Part shown: one piece after another, positions 32,401 through 40,202 of the stretch
Layout: each line of letters begins with the position of its first letter
How positions within the stretch are numbered: the first letter of the stretch is position 1
Origin: an uncultured Alphaproteobacteria bacterium
GTDB taxonomy: Bacteria; Pseudomonadota; Alphaproteobacteria; RF32; CAG-239
NCBI GenBank assembly: GCA_949493535.1
Contig: CASZWJ010000002.1
Span: 18,287 to 82,286, forward strand
DNA: 64,000 nt
Reading direction: 5' to 3'
Made by a program: the position numbers and the translations under genes
Notes under the pieces: model-generated
What the model was told of the DNA's origin: nothing
Seen by the model: only the letters and a program-made list of their open reading frames with translations
Database searches by the model: none

Positions 32401-33014
32401 CCGGTTCTTTCGGCAAAGCCGTTGCCGTCATGGTCAAAATAAACGCCGTTTGCCGCCGAAACGGTTTCCACGCCGTCACCGTCCAAATCCACAATCAAAG
32501 GCGAGGGGGTTTTTTTACTTGTTCTGAATAGCGGATTTAGTAATTTCCTTAACATAACTTGTAGGCTGAGACCAAAAAATCGATGAATTAGGAGAGCAAT
32601 ACCAATAGCAGCACCTAATTGCCAGCAAACAAATACTGAAAAAATTATTGTTACAACTGCTAACCCAAAGATTTTTTCATCGCTCATTCTGTATTTGCTC
32701 ATCATTTTTGTTGTTTGTAAATTTAATGAGTTGCCGACATATTGGTATAAATGAGAAACTAATTTGTTTGTTTCTAATTCATCAAGAAACATTTGGTTTA
32801 CTTCTTTTATATAAGCCAAATCGGTTCTTTCATTTATTCCAGATAATAATTCAAATAGCTTGGGATTATAAGTAGGTCCTTGTTCTCTACAGATATTTAA
32901 TATTCCAGTTAAAAATTCGTTTGAATATATTCTTTGAGCTTCTGTTTCTGAAATACCTATAGAAATAGCAGCGCTTATTAATGTTTCTTTTAATTCATTT
33001 ATATTATCGTTCAT
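29457..33014 (-). CDS. RTX Ca2+-binding protein: variable N-terminal domain, FrpC-type self-processing module, GGxGxD repeat blocks
   Basis: PLIVDLDGDGVET...FDHDGNGFAERTGWVGQDDGLLVRDLNNNGQIDNGSELFG matches my recollection of the FrpC SPM; many GGNGND/GGTGDD nonapeptides and YNLGDGxD repeats. Confidence 0.9.
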   Translation of the reverse strand: MNDNINELKETLISAAISIGISETEAQRIYSNEFLTGILNICREQGPTYNPKLFELLSGINERTDLAYIKEVNQMFLDELETNKLVSHLYQYVGNSLNLQTTKMMSKYRMSDEKIFGLAVVTIIFSVFVCWQLGAAIGIALLIHRFFGLSLQVMLRKLLNPLFRTSKKTPSPLIVDLDGDGVETVSAANGVYFDHDGNGFAERTGWVGQDDGLLVRDLNNNGQIDNGSELFGNNTVLSNGKKAANGFEALKDLDSNSDGVFNASDAAWNEVKVWKDSNQNGLVDNGELITLEQANIKNINLNYQNSTIVDENDNAHKQTGSFTNTSETIGSINDVWFNADFSDTVNRVSVEIPEEIKALPNVRAFGNVHDLHSAMALDETGELKALVEDFIAETNVAARKSILLNLIYHWTGVQNMSPNGRDPTRNYGKVIDDTRKLEALEEFMGEEFLGTWCWGDRDPNPHGKAAPYIIRAFDILQEYINHELLAQTHYKPLLENVKLEWNTENSAWNIDVSGAVAKLQKIYNANALNGALTLTEFGQLIKKQNTETTQDIIATFKAAGNAEGEGMSVLLTTFADVVGTANDDNLTGSDNMDVISGEDGNDTIYAGKGDDTLIGGNGNDSLWGEDGNDTLIGGNGNDYLNGGNGADTYVFEPGFGHDTIDNTDDNASADEPDIVQFGEGISPDMVTISREGFDLILTVKYAGSEQTDDSIRILSYFDKAGTTSATVNAITFTDGTSWDVEYVYAHHNLVPNALGGRTIIGGDGYDWIVDSAGDDLIIANGGDDVIRSGAGNDIIIGGPGNDEITSTNGNKTYIYNLGDGCDFIYASHDKDKILFGEGISFEDLTFSAYNGNGLQITVKNDPNQTIRISGFMWGRDRVNDLAFADGSIYHLSDMPLTLIQTDADETIYATGNGDTIFGMGGNDKIYGSNADEIIIGGTGDDQLEGGYGNDTYIWNLGDGLDTIQDSNGTNDRIKFGPGITKDDLRFVKGGSYSGTLYIYVKNDFTQGVILYNNFNTNNIEYVELNDGTTISLKEEGLFFNQTDADDAMTGTEYNDIIYGNGGNDSLSGGGGNDIIVGGPRDDKLYGNYGNDTYIYNLGDGFDTIKEQDGNDTVRMGEGITRSNLTFERRGDTLNIYVDAEKTQGVSIYQQYNWNGYMVENLELADGTIIDLSSADKLFPPQNKIA
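32044..32510 (-). repeat. SPM-coding repeat copy A (inside the full-length RTX gene)
   Basis: Near-identical to 36440-36884 and homologous to 34289-34756. Confidence 0.95.
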
Positions 33015-33018
33015 TATA

Positions 33019-33945
33019 TTAGTCCTTTTTTGTTAATCTATAGTCATATGATAAGGCAATTTTCCTTATTAGTGCATGTAAGAATGCTGCAACATAGAAT
33101 AATACAAAAAAAACATAGATAGATATCCCTATTAATATTAATATATCTGTTCCGTCGAATACTTTTCCTAAGTGACTATAAACATTAGGAAGAGCTATGA
33201 CGAATATTGTACTCATTAAAATTATGATTAGGGTCAAAAATAGCGGAATACCTTTTAGTTTGTCTTGAATTACTACCGTTTCATATGAATAATTAATGTT
33301 ACTAAATATTGTAAAAAATGAAGAAAAGAAAATAATTAAAAGTAGAAAGTTTAAATAAATATTGGGGCTGAATGGAACCTTCAATGTTATGTCTGATACG
33401 AAACTCTCTAAGATGTTATTAGAAGAAGAACTTTTTAGTATATGTAAACTGAATGTAAAAATGCTGCAGATAATAACTACAATAAAAATACGTTTTAAGA
33501 TATGTTTTATTGTTTGTATTATAATATTTTTAATCAATTTTTTATCATCATATTTGGCTATTAACTTAAATATTTCGCCAGGTTGCAGTGCTTGGGTTAT
33601 ACTGCTTAATCGGAGTAAGGGTTTGTTAAAACCCATGAAGATTAAAACTGTGAAAAATGATGTTAGTACAAGCATTGCTTTTGCTGCAGGGATATTTTGA
33701 TTAAAAGCTAATAATTGGATTATTCCAATATATATGATGCCCAAAATACATAATGTTTTATAAAACCAACCATTTGTTGTTTTGTTTTCTATTTTAGATA
33801 ATATTTTTTTGATTGGGTTTTTATCAGAAAGCTTATGTGAAACTCTTGTTTTAAAAAAATTCATAATAGCTTCATTAAAGTATTGAGGAAACATATATTC
33901 TAATCTGAAGTTTTCTATAGTTCTTTTCTTTTCTTCTTTTGACAT
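33019..33945 (-). CDS. AT-rich polytopic membrane protein (candidate immunity protein, cassette 1)
   Basis: About 6 hydrophobic segments; stop 4 nt before the RTX start. Confidence 0.7.
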   Translation of the reverse strand: MSKEEKKRTIENFRLEYMFPQYFNEAIMNFFKTRVSHKLSDKNPIKKILSKIENKTTNGWFYKTLCILGIIYIGIIQLLAFNQNIPAAKAMLVLTSFFTVLIFMGFNKPLLRLSSITQALQPGEIFKLIAKYDDKKLIKNIIIQTIKHILKRIFIVVIICSIFTFSLHILKSSSSNNILESFVSDITLKVPFSPNIYLNFLLLIIFFSSFFTIFSNINYSYETVVIQDKLKGIPLFLTLIIILMSTIFVIALPNVYSHLGKVFDGTDILILIGISIYVFFVLFYVAAFLHALIRKIALSYDYRLTKKD

Positions 33946-33955
33946 AAATCTGTCC

Positions 33956-34190
33956 TTTCTAATAAAAATTGAATATAAAAATTTTATAGAATAATATCCT
34001 TGGTGGCAATTAAAAGTTTTTAATCTTGATTTATTAAAACTAAAGTTCTAGTTCTTAAAAGTGGACTTACTGTTCTATAATTTAGCCAAGTAAATTCTTT
34101 TTAGTTGCTAACAAATATAAATATAGGAAATAAATCCTAATTTTACAATAGAAAGTAGCATTCTATCCACAACTATTATTTGTGTTTAAT
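33956..34190 (-). promoter_or_regulatory. Cassette leader 1: sigma70-like promoter and ~170-nt 5'UTR
   Basis: TTGTAA (34148-34143)-17 nt-TATATT (34125-34120); homologous to 36109-36339. Confidence 0.7.
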
Positions 34191-34288
34191 TGTTTTTAGT
34201 ATACTTAAATCCTCGAAAATAAAATTAGTTTTTTCTAACATAATATCGGAGAATATAGATTATTTCATAAAACGGATATTGTTATTAT

Positions 34289-34756
34289 TTTTGCAGATGT
34301 GCCAATTTGTTTATGAGCATTGTCATTTTCATCGACAGTTTTACTGTTTTGATAGTTCAGATTGATGTTTTTAACATTAGCTTGTTATAATGTAATAAAT
34401 TCGCCATTATCAACTAAGCCGTTTGGGTTGGAATCCTTCCAGACTTTGACTTCGTTCCAAGCGGTGTCAGAAGAATTGAAAATGCCGTCGGAATTGCTGT
34501 CTAAATCTTTCAGGGCTTCAAATCCGTTGGCGGCTTTTTTGCCGTTGGAAAGAACGGTATTATTGCCGAAGAGTTCGGAACCGTTGTCAATCTGCCCGTT
34601 GTTGTTGAGGTCTCTGACGAGCAGGCCGTCATCTTGTCCGACCCAGCCGGTTCTTTCGGCAAAGCCGTTGCCGTCATGGTCAAAATAAACGCCGTTTGCC
34701 GCTGAAACGGTTTCCACGCCGTCACCGTCCAAATCTACAATCAAAGGCGAGGGAGT
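34289..34756 (-). repeat. SPM-coding repeat copy B
   Basis: Near-identical to copy A over 34524-34753, more diverged over 34289-34523; GAA>TAA at 34385-34387. Confidence 0.93.
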
Positions 34757-35227
34757 AACGCTTGCCGTTTCAACAAGCTTTTTGATTTTAGGAACGTTAT
34801 TTTTAGGTTGTTGATTAATGTCACTACCATTTAATATTGGGAATACCTCTTTATTTTCATCTAGAATTTCAGTATCCCTTTCTGTTATACCTCCTAGGAT
34901 AAGGGGAATATCATATTCAACATTAATCTCAATGACACCGTAAAGACCACTAGCTTGTAAATAAATGACAAAAGGTGGTAGCGTTGTGGGTTTTGAAATT
35001 GTTATATCTATAGGAGTTGTTGCACCTCCGGCAAGATAATCTTTCATAAGTTTTTTCTTTCCGTCGTCCCAATAAACAGTAGTTATAGAAACATTTTTTG
35101 TATGATCTCCTGTTGCAGATATATTTACAGATGCTCGAAAAGGTTTTCCGGGTGTGGTAAAAATTGGGGCAGTCAGTTTTGCATCATTAGGTAACAAACC
35201 TCCCAGTTTAAATATAGTATTTGCCAT
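34385..35227 (-). CDS. Orphan cassette: alternative N-terminal domain fused to a truncated SPM
   Basis: About 158 unique aa, then TPSPLIVDLDGDG...; ends at a premature stop. Confidence 0.8.
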   Translation of the reverse strand: MANTIFKLGGLLPNDAKLTAPIFTTPGKPFRASVNISATGDHTKNVSITTVYWDDGKKKLMKDYLAGGATTPIDITISKPTTLPPFVIYLQASGLYGVIEINVEYDIPLILGGITERDTEILDENKEVFPILNGSDINQQPKNNVPKIKKLVETASVTPSPLIVDLDGDGVETVSAANGVYFDHDGNGFAERTGWVGQDDGLLVRDLNNNGQIDNGSELFGNNTVLSNGKKAANGFEALKDLDSNSDGIFNSSDTAWNEVKVWKDSNPNGLVDNGEFITL

Positions 35228-35249
35228 TTTTTTCCTTTCTTGGTTAAAA

Positions 35250-35660
35250 TTAAGGAAAAGGTTGGCCGGTAATTAAGATTTTGAAAGTTTGGCAAATTGA
35301 TTCACAAAATAAATTATAAGACCAACAATTTCCTAAATATGAAAATAAAGTGTAAGGTCTTCTATAGATAAAACTTGTTATTATTAAGCTGCTGATAAAG
35401 TAGACAAAGAGCATTTTTTGTGTCTTTTTATAAAATGTCTTATTTACTTTTTTAGCATTGTTCAGCACAAGCTTAAAATCATATATGAAGAAAGTTAATA
35501 GGAACAAATTCCGTAAAAAAACGTAGAGCAAGAATATATCTCTTGAATTAAAACGGAAATGATTGCTGAATATTATTCCGCATAGGAATTGTGGAAGCAC
35601 AAAGAATAATACAAGCTTCAGATAAAACTTAAATTTTGGGGTTGATAACTGATTATACAT
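35250..35660 (-). CDS. Small AT-rich membrane protein (candidate immunity protein, cassette 2)
   Basis: AGGAG before ATG 35660 (MYNQL); ~3 TM segments and a C-terminal Cys cluster. Confidence 0.65.
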   Translation of the reverse strand: MYNQLSTPKFKFYLKLVLFFVLPQFLCGIIFSNHFRFNSRDIFLLYVFLRNLFLLTFFIYDFKLVLNNAKKVNKTFYKKTQKMLFVYFISSLIITSFIYRRPYTLFSYLGNCWSYNLFCESICQTFKILITGQPFP

Positions 35661-36087
35661 TATTGTTCTCCTGATGCTGTATTGGAATATAATTTCTGAC
35701 ATCGTATTGGAATGTGTCATACTTTGTTCCGGTGTAAATATCGCTGCATGCAAAGGCAAAGGGCGAACAGTAATGAAACCAGCTCAAAACAAATACAAAC
35801 AAAACATAATACATGCCTAAGAAAGTTTTTAGCAGTTTCTTATATTTGACAATATCAATGTCTTTATACAAGATGTTGAATGAATAAATTGCATATCCGA
35901 GGCAGATGAAGTTTTGTGTTGGTTCATATAATATCAGTAATTTTATCGGAAAACTTTGCGGCAGTTTATGTTGCTCCATAAACGGGTAAACAACATCGTA
36001 ACTGAAAACCTCAAGTAACCCGATAATTATTCCTCCCAGGACAAATATTATCCAAAAATCAATCCAAAATTTTTTGTTTTGTGTCAT
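35653..36087 (-). CDS. Small AT-rich membrane protein (candidate immunity protein, cassette 2)
   Basis: About 3 TM segments, CSPFAFAC; overlaps the next start. Confidence 0.65.
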   Translation of the reverse strand: MTQNKKFWIDFWIIFVLGGIIIGLLEVFSYDVVYPFMEQHKLPQSFPIKLLILYEPTQNFICLGYAIYSFNILYKDIDIVKYKKLLKTFLGMYYVLFVFVLSWFHYCSPFAFACSDIYTGTKYDTFQYDVRNYIPIQHQENNNV

Positions 36088-36108
36088 CGTATGCTTCCTA
36101 TAACGGAT

Positions 36109-36339
36109 TTTCTATTAAAAATTGAATATAATAATTTTATAGAATAAATTTTTTTATCGCAACTAAAAGTTTTTCTGGAGATGAGGCTTTGAACTAAATT
36201 TTATATCATGCAAAGGTTTGCTGTTCTTTATTTTAGTTCAGCTCATTTTTTTAGCTGCTTACAGATATAAATATAGGAAATAAATCCTAATTTTGCAATA
36301 GAAAGCAGTGTCTTATCCACAACTTTTATTTGTATTAAT
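36109..36339 (-). promoter_or_regulatory. Cassette leader 2: sigma70-like promoter and ~175-nt 5'UTR
   Basis: TTGCAA (36298-36293)-17 nt-TATATT (36275-36270); 30 nt identical to 34115-34144; TTATCCACA at 36313-36321. Confidence 0.7.
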
Positions 36340-36414
36340 GGTTTGGGGTTTGTGTTTAATTAAAATATACTAAATTAGTATTTATTGATATACATTCGGT
36401 ATAAAGAGATTATC

Positions 36415-36884
36415 TTATAAAGAAGCTGTTGTTGTTATTTTTGTAAACGAGCCGGTCTGCTTGTGGGCATTGTCATTTTCATCAACGATTGTACTGTTTT
36501 GATAGTTGAGGTTGATGTTTTTAATATTAGCTTGTTCTAATGTAATAAGTTCACCATTATCAACCAAGCCGTTTTGGTTGGAATCCTTCCAGACTTTGAC
36601 TTCGTTCCAAGCAGCGTCAGAAGCGTTGAAAACGCCGTCGGAATTGCTGTCTAAGTCTTTCAGGGCTTCAAACCCGTTGGCGGCTTTTTTGCCGTTGGAA
36701 AGAACGGTATTATTGCCGAAGAGTTCGGAACCGTTGTCAATCTGCCCGTTGTTGTTGAGGTCTCTGACGAGCAGGCCGTCATCTTGTCCGACCCAGCCGG
36801 TTCTTTCGGCAAAGCCGTTGCCGTCATGGTCAAAATAAACGCCGTTTGCCGCTGAAACGGTTTCCACGCCGTCACCATCCAAAT
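36415..36884 (-). pseudogene. Headless SPM fragment (repeat copy C)
   Basis: 36440-36884 matches 32044-32488 with 2 mismatches seen; in-frame TAA 12 codons upstream, no N-terminal domain. Confidence 0.85.
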
Positions 36885-36939
36885 TTAGAGGCTTATTGTA
36901 TTTAATGGCAATATGTTAAGTCTGGATGAGTTTGTCTGT

Positions 36940-36975
36940 AAAAAAAATCCCCGGAAGTTATCCGGGGATTTTTTT
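36940..36975 (-). terminator. Terminator of the S8 peptidase gene
   Basis: AAAAAAAATCCCCGGA-agtta-TCCGGGGATTTTTTT. Confidence 0.85.
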
Positions 36976-39900
36976 AATTGAGCGGGGCGCCGAAGCCCAA
37001 CATTATTCGGTAATCGGGGGTGACATCGCGATTATCCGGATTGATTCTTGTTCCAAATTCGGCACGGAACCATTTATCTTCTTCTGTCTCATGTGTGAAG
37101 TATAGTCCTAAGTCAATCTCCCGGGCTTCAGGTTTGAGTTTCAGATTATATTTTTCTCTGTATATAATATCTTCTTTCGGATCTCGTCCGACAGGCAAAT
37201 CAAAGAGCATGCTGCCTCGGTTGATTGTCAGCGGCTGGGCTATTTGCAGCCCCAGTTTAGCTTCTTGATTAAGTTTATACGCAATGTCAAGCGAGATGCT
37301 TTCGCTTTTAATGTCGGACAGGGACATCAGCGTATTTGATTTGGCTTTGCGGGTTTGGGTTCGTCCTTGGTAATATGCTGCGGTAATGCTCAAATCATCA
37401 ACCGGCATTAATCCGATTTCTAAACCGAAATAATTGGTCAGACTGTTCTCCGTTGCAAAAGCGCCGGAGCCGTTCATGCCCAAAACGGAACCGTCTTCCT
37501 GCAAAAAACCGCCTTTGAAGCCAAAGGTTACATAATCTGCCGGTGTGAAATTGAAGACATAGTCAATGGCATTAAACTCGTTGTCATTTTGCAATTTTAA
37601 GCGCTGATCGTCATTATAGAAACCGTTTTTACCGGTATAGACGGCAACATCAAAACTCAGTTCCTGATTGAATTTGTATGCGCTTTTAATACCGAATGCT
37701 TCGTTCATATTCAGGAACGGGTTGCTTGTTGCTTTAGAAAAATAGTCGCCGTTTTTATAAGCGGTATTTTCGCTGAAAAAGAATCCGACGCTGGTATCTT
37801 TGTCAACCATATAGTCGAAGGCAAAAGAGCCGAGCTGCATATTGTCAACAGGATCGCTGATTCTGTTTGAAAAAGACATGGACAAATTGTTATTGACGGC
37901 AATTTTTTGAATTTTGTTGCGATTAGTGAACTGTTTCATGTCGTTTTCAAGTTTTTTATTATGATTGCTTGTGGTGAACAATGATTTTGTTTCCAGCGGA
38001 TAAGGGCGTTCATATTTATCAAGGAAAATCATTTGTTGCGGCAGTTTTTCAATAATGTTGGCCATGTTGTACGGAACGGCAATTTTTGAATGGCTCAGTG
38101 CGACGGATGCACCGCTGACTGTATCTTCCGTCGGAACTTCAAAAACGCCGAGAGGCATTGTTGCCGCCTCAAGGTTGACCAGACCGTGCCCATAAATTTC
38201 ATCAACGCCGGGAGCGCCCAAATCGGTTGCCGTTTCAAACAAAATATGGACAGCTTGCTGCGGCGTTAAATTGGGAAATGCGCTCATTATCATGGCCAAG
38301 CTTCCGCTTACAACCGGAGCGGCCATGGATGTTCCCGCTAATCCGGCAACGGTATTTTCCCCATAGGTTGATTTAATCGGGTGGTCTTCCGTTCCGCCCG
38401 GCGCCGCAATGCACCAATTGGCGGCAGAGCCGCATTTGTTGGAATAGCTTGCAAGATTGTTATTTTGATCTACTGCGACAACAGAAACAAATAAACCGTC
38501 AGCAGAAGTTACTTCTTTGGGAATAGCTGAAAAAACACCGGACTCGTCTTTGCCTTCATTTCCTGCAGCCACCACGAGGATGCGCCCTTTGTTGAAAAAT
38601 GTATCAAGATTAGTATGCTGATTAAAATAGTCTCCATAATTTTGGGCATTCAGGTCTTCTCTCCAACCGGGGCCCAAGCTCATATTGACGATTTGAATAT
38701 CTTGGTTTTTCGAATCCATCATATTGCCAAAGTCTTCAATCGTACTGTTTATCAAGCCTATATGTGTATCAATATTGCCGAATTGATTGTAGATGAACGG
38801 AAGTAAACCTACATTTTGAACAACGCCCTGAGTAAGGCCGCCAATCGGTTTGGCTCCGATAATTCCTGCGACATGCGTTCCATGTCCGTTTATTTCGTTG
38901 GGGTCATAGCCTTCCGGCGCATCGGCCTGCGGACCGTTTATATAATGGGGTGTCGTGTCTGTGACTTTCCAGACATAATCGCTTGAAAAGTGGGAAATAT
39001 AAGTATTCCATGTTTCCTGCGACATACTGCCGACTTCTTGAAGCGGCTGTCCTGCGCCGTTTTGCAGCATAAGCTTTCCTTTGGTTGCGTCAAAAGAATA
39101 GCACATTGTTTTGTTGACGCCGGAGCAGGGGCCGAAGTCGAAATTAAAACCAAAGACTCCGCCGCCGTTTTCTTCCGTGAACTTAACGATATTGTCTTTC
39201 AGTTTTATATTATTAGCCCAAACGCCGTTGTCATATACGGCGACATTGACTACTTCATCACTGTATGTGTAGTCAACCTCTTGAAGCGTCGGTAAATTTC
39301 CTCCCGGGTGGTATTCTTTAAATTGACGATAGACTTTGCGGCCGTCGTAACCGCGGGCGTAAGCGGCCGGTGCATTGATTTGTTCCAGAAAACCGCTGCC
39401 GATGACCTGTTCTGTTTTGTAATCGTCAGGATTTCCGTTTGCGGGGTGAGCCATCAGATATATGTTACTGGTTGGTGATACTTCAACATCGGTCCATTGT
39501 ATATCACCGTCACCGCCGCCGGGGTTGTTACTGCCGCCACCGCCGCCGCTGCCGGCTAAGACAGCAACTGCCATACCGGTCATCAGGGCCGTTGTTCCGA
39601 ATGTTTGCATTCTGGGGGTGAAAAAAGTTTTCTTTTCCGTCGGATTTAAGAAAGCATATCTGTCATATCCCGGTTGATTCTCAAAAAAGGCATTGCGGTA
39701 ACGCGGGCTCATGCGGCGCAGGCAGGGCGGGTTAGGGTCTGCGCTCATATTGCGCAGCAGATTATAGCCGTCATAGTCTTTCTGATAAATCGCATGGCAA
39801 AGGGAATTGATGCCGTTAGAATCAGGAGAATCAATCCAGACACCGTTGGTGACGGCATTTTTCAAGCCGGCAACATCTTTGGCTTTCATAAAACCGTAAA

Positions 39901-39997
39901 TGATTCTGAATTCATAATTGCTGCTTTGGGCGAGGGTGTTTCCCGCATATAAAAAGACAGTCAGCGCGGCTAAAATGCCTTTGTAAAAATTTTTCAT
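36974..39997 (-). CDS. Subtilisin-family (S8) serine peptidase with probable C-terminal beta-barrel
   Basis: VAVYDNG, NGHGTHVAGIIG, AAGNEG, GTSMAAPVVSG, DLGAPGVDEIYGHGL; signal peptide from MKNFYK. Confidence 0.9.
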   Translation of the reverse strand: MKNFYKGILAALTVFLYAGNTLAQSSNYEFRIIYGFMKAKDVAGLKNAVTNGVWIDSPDSNGINSLCHAIYQKDYDGYNLLRNMSADPNPPCLRRMSPRYRNAFFENQPGYDRYAFLNPTEKKTFFTPRMQTFGTTALMTGMAVAVLAGSGGGGGSNNPGGGDGDIQWTDVEVSPTSNIYLMAHPANGNPDDYKTEQVIGSGFLEQINAPAAYARGYDGRKVYRQFKEYHPGGNLPTLQEVDYTYSDEVVNVAVYDNGVWANNIKLKDNIVKFTEENGGGVFGFNFDFGPCSGVNKTMCYSFDATKGKLMLQNGAGQPLQEVGSMSQETWNTYISHFSSDYVWKVTDTTPHYINGPQADAPEGYDPNEINGHGTHVAGIIGAKPIGGLTQGVVQNVGLLPFIYNQFGNIDTHIGLINSTIEDFGNMMDSKNQDIQIVNMSLGPGWREDLNAQNYGDYFNQHTNLDTFFNKGRILVVAAGNEGKDESGVFSAIPKEVTSADGLFVSVVAVDQNNNLASYSNKCGSAANWCIAAPGGTEDHPIKSTYGENTVAGLAGTSMAAPVVSGSLAMIMSAFPNLTPQQAVHILFETATDLGAPGVDEIYGHGLVNLEAATMPLGVFEVPTEDTVSGASVALSHSKIAVPYNMANIIEKLPQQMIFLDKYERPYPLETKSLFTTSNHNKKLENDMKQFTNRNKIQKIAVNNNLSMSFSNRISDPVDNMQLGSFAFDYMVDKDTSVGFFFSENTAYKNGDYFSKATSNPFLNMNEAFGIKSAYKFNQELSFDVAVYTGKNGFYNDDQRLKLQNDNEFNAIDYVFNFTPADYVTFGFKGGFLQEDGSVLGMNGSGAFATENSLTNYFGLEIGLMPVDDLSITAAYYQGRTQTRKAKSNTLMSLSDIKSESISLDIAYKLNQEAKLGLQIAQPLTINRGSMLFDLPVGRDPKEDIIYREKYNLKLKPEAREIDLGLYFTHETEEDKWFRAEFGTRINPDNRDVTPDYRIMLGFGAPLN

Positions 39998-40079
39998 CGC
40001 CAGATGTTTCCTGATAATATTAGTAATTGAATAAATTATATTTATTATCCTGTGTTTGACAAACAAAACGGGGCTTTTA

Positions 40080-40094
40080 TTAACAGAAGGTTAA
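40080..40094. promoter_or_regulatory. Candidate CtrA-binding box
   Basis: TTAA-CAGAAGG-TTAA between the divergent S8 and glmM genes. Confidence 0.4.
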
Positions 40095-40202
40095 GAAATA
40101 TTGCGAAAAATTATGTGTCTTTATTTTGGCAAAAAAATCTTGAGCTTAGCGTTAATCAATTTATACTGTGATTATTGTAAAAATAAATTTGAGAGGGGTA
40201 TT

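Noticed and set aside
32505-32516. A7C5 run at the N-domain/SPM junction as a phase-variation or frameshift site
   Set aside because: The runs are short, the frame is intact, and the run is absent from copy B
33019-36420. Integron cassette array
   Set aside because: No integrase or attC-like sites were seen; the units are delimited by long coding homology and carry their own promoters
32044-36884. SPM repeats as a diversity-generating retroelement TR/VR pair
   Set aside because: Differences between copies are not adenine-specific and there is no reverse transcriptase in the window
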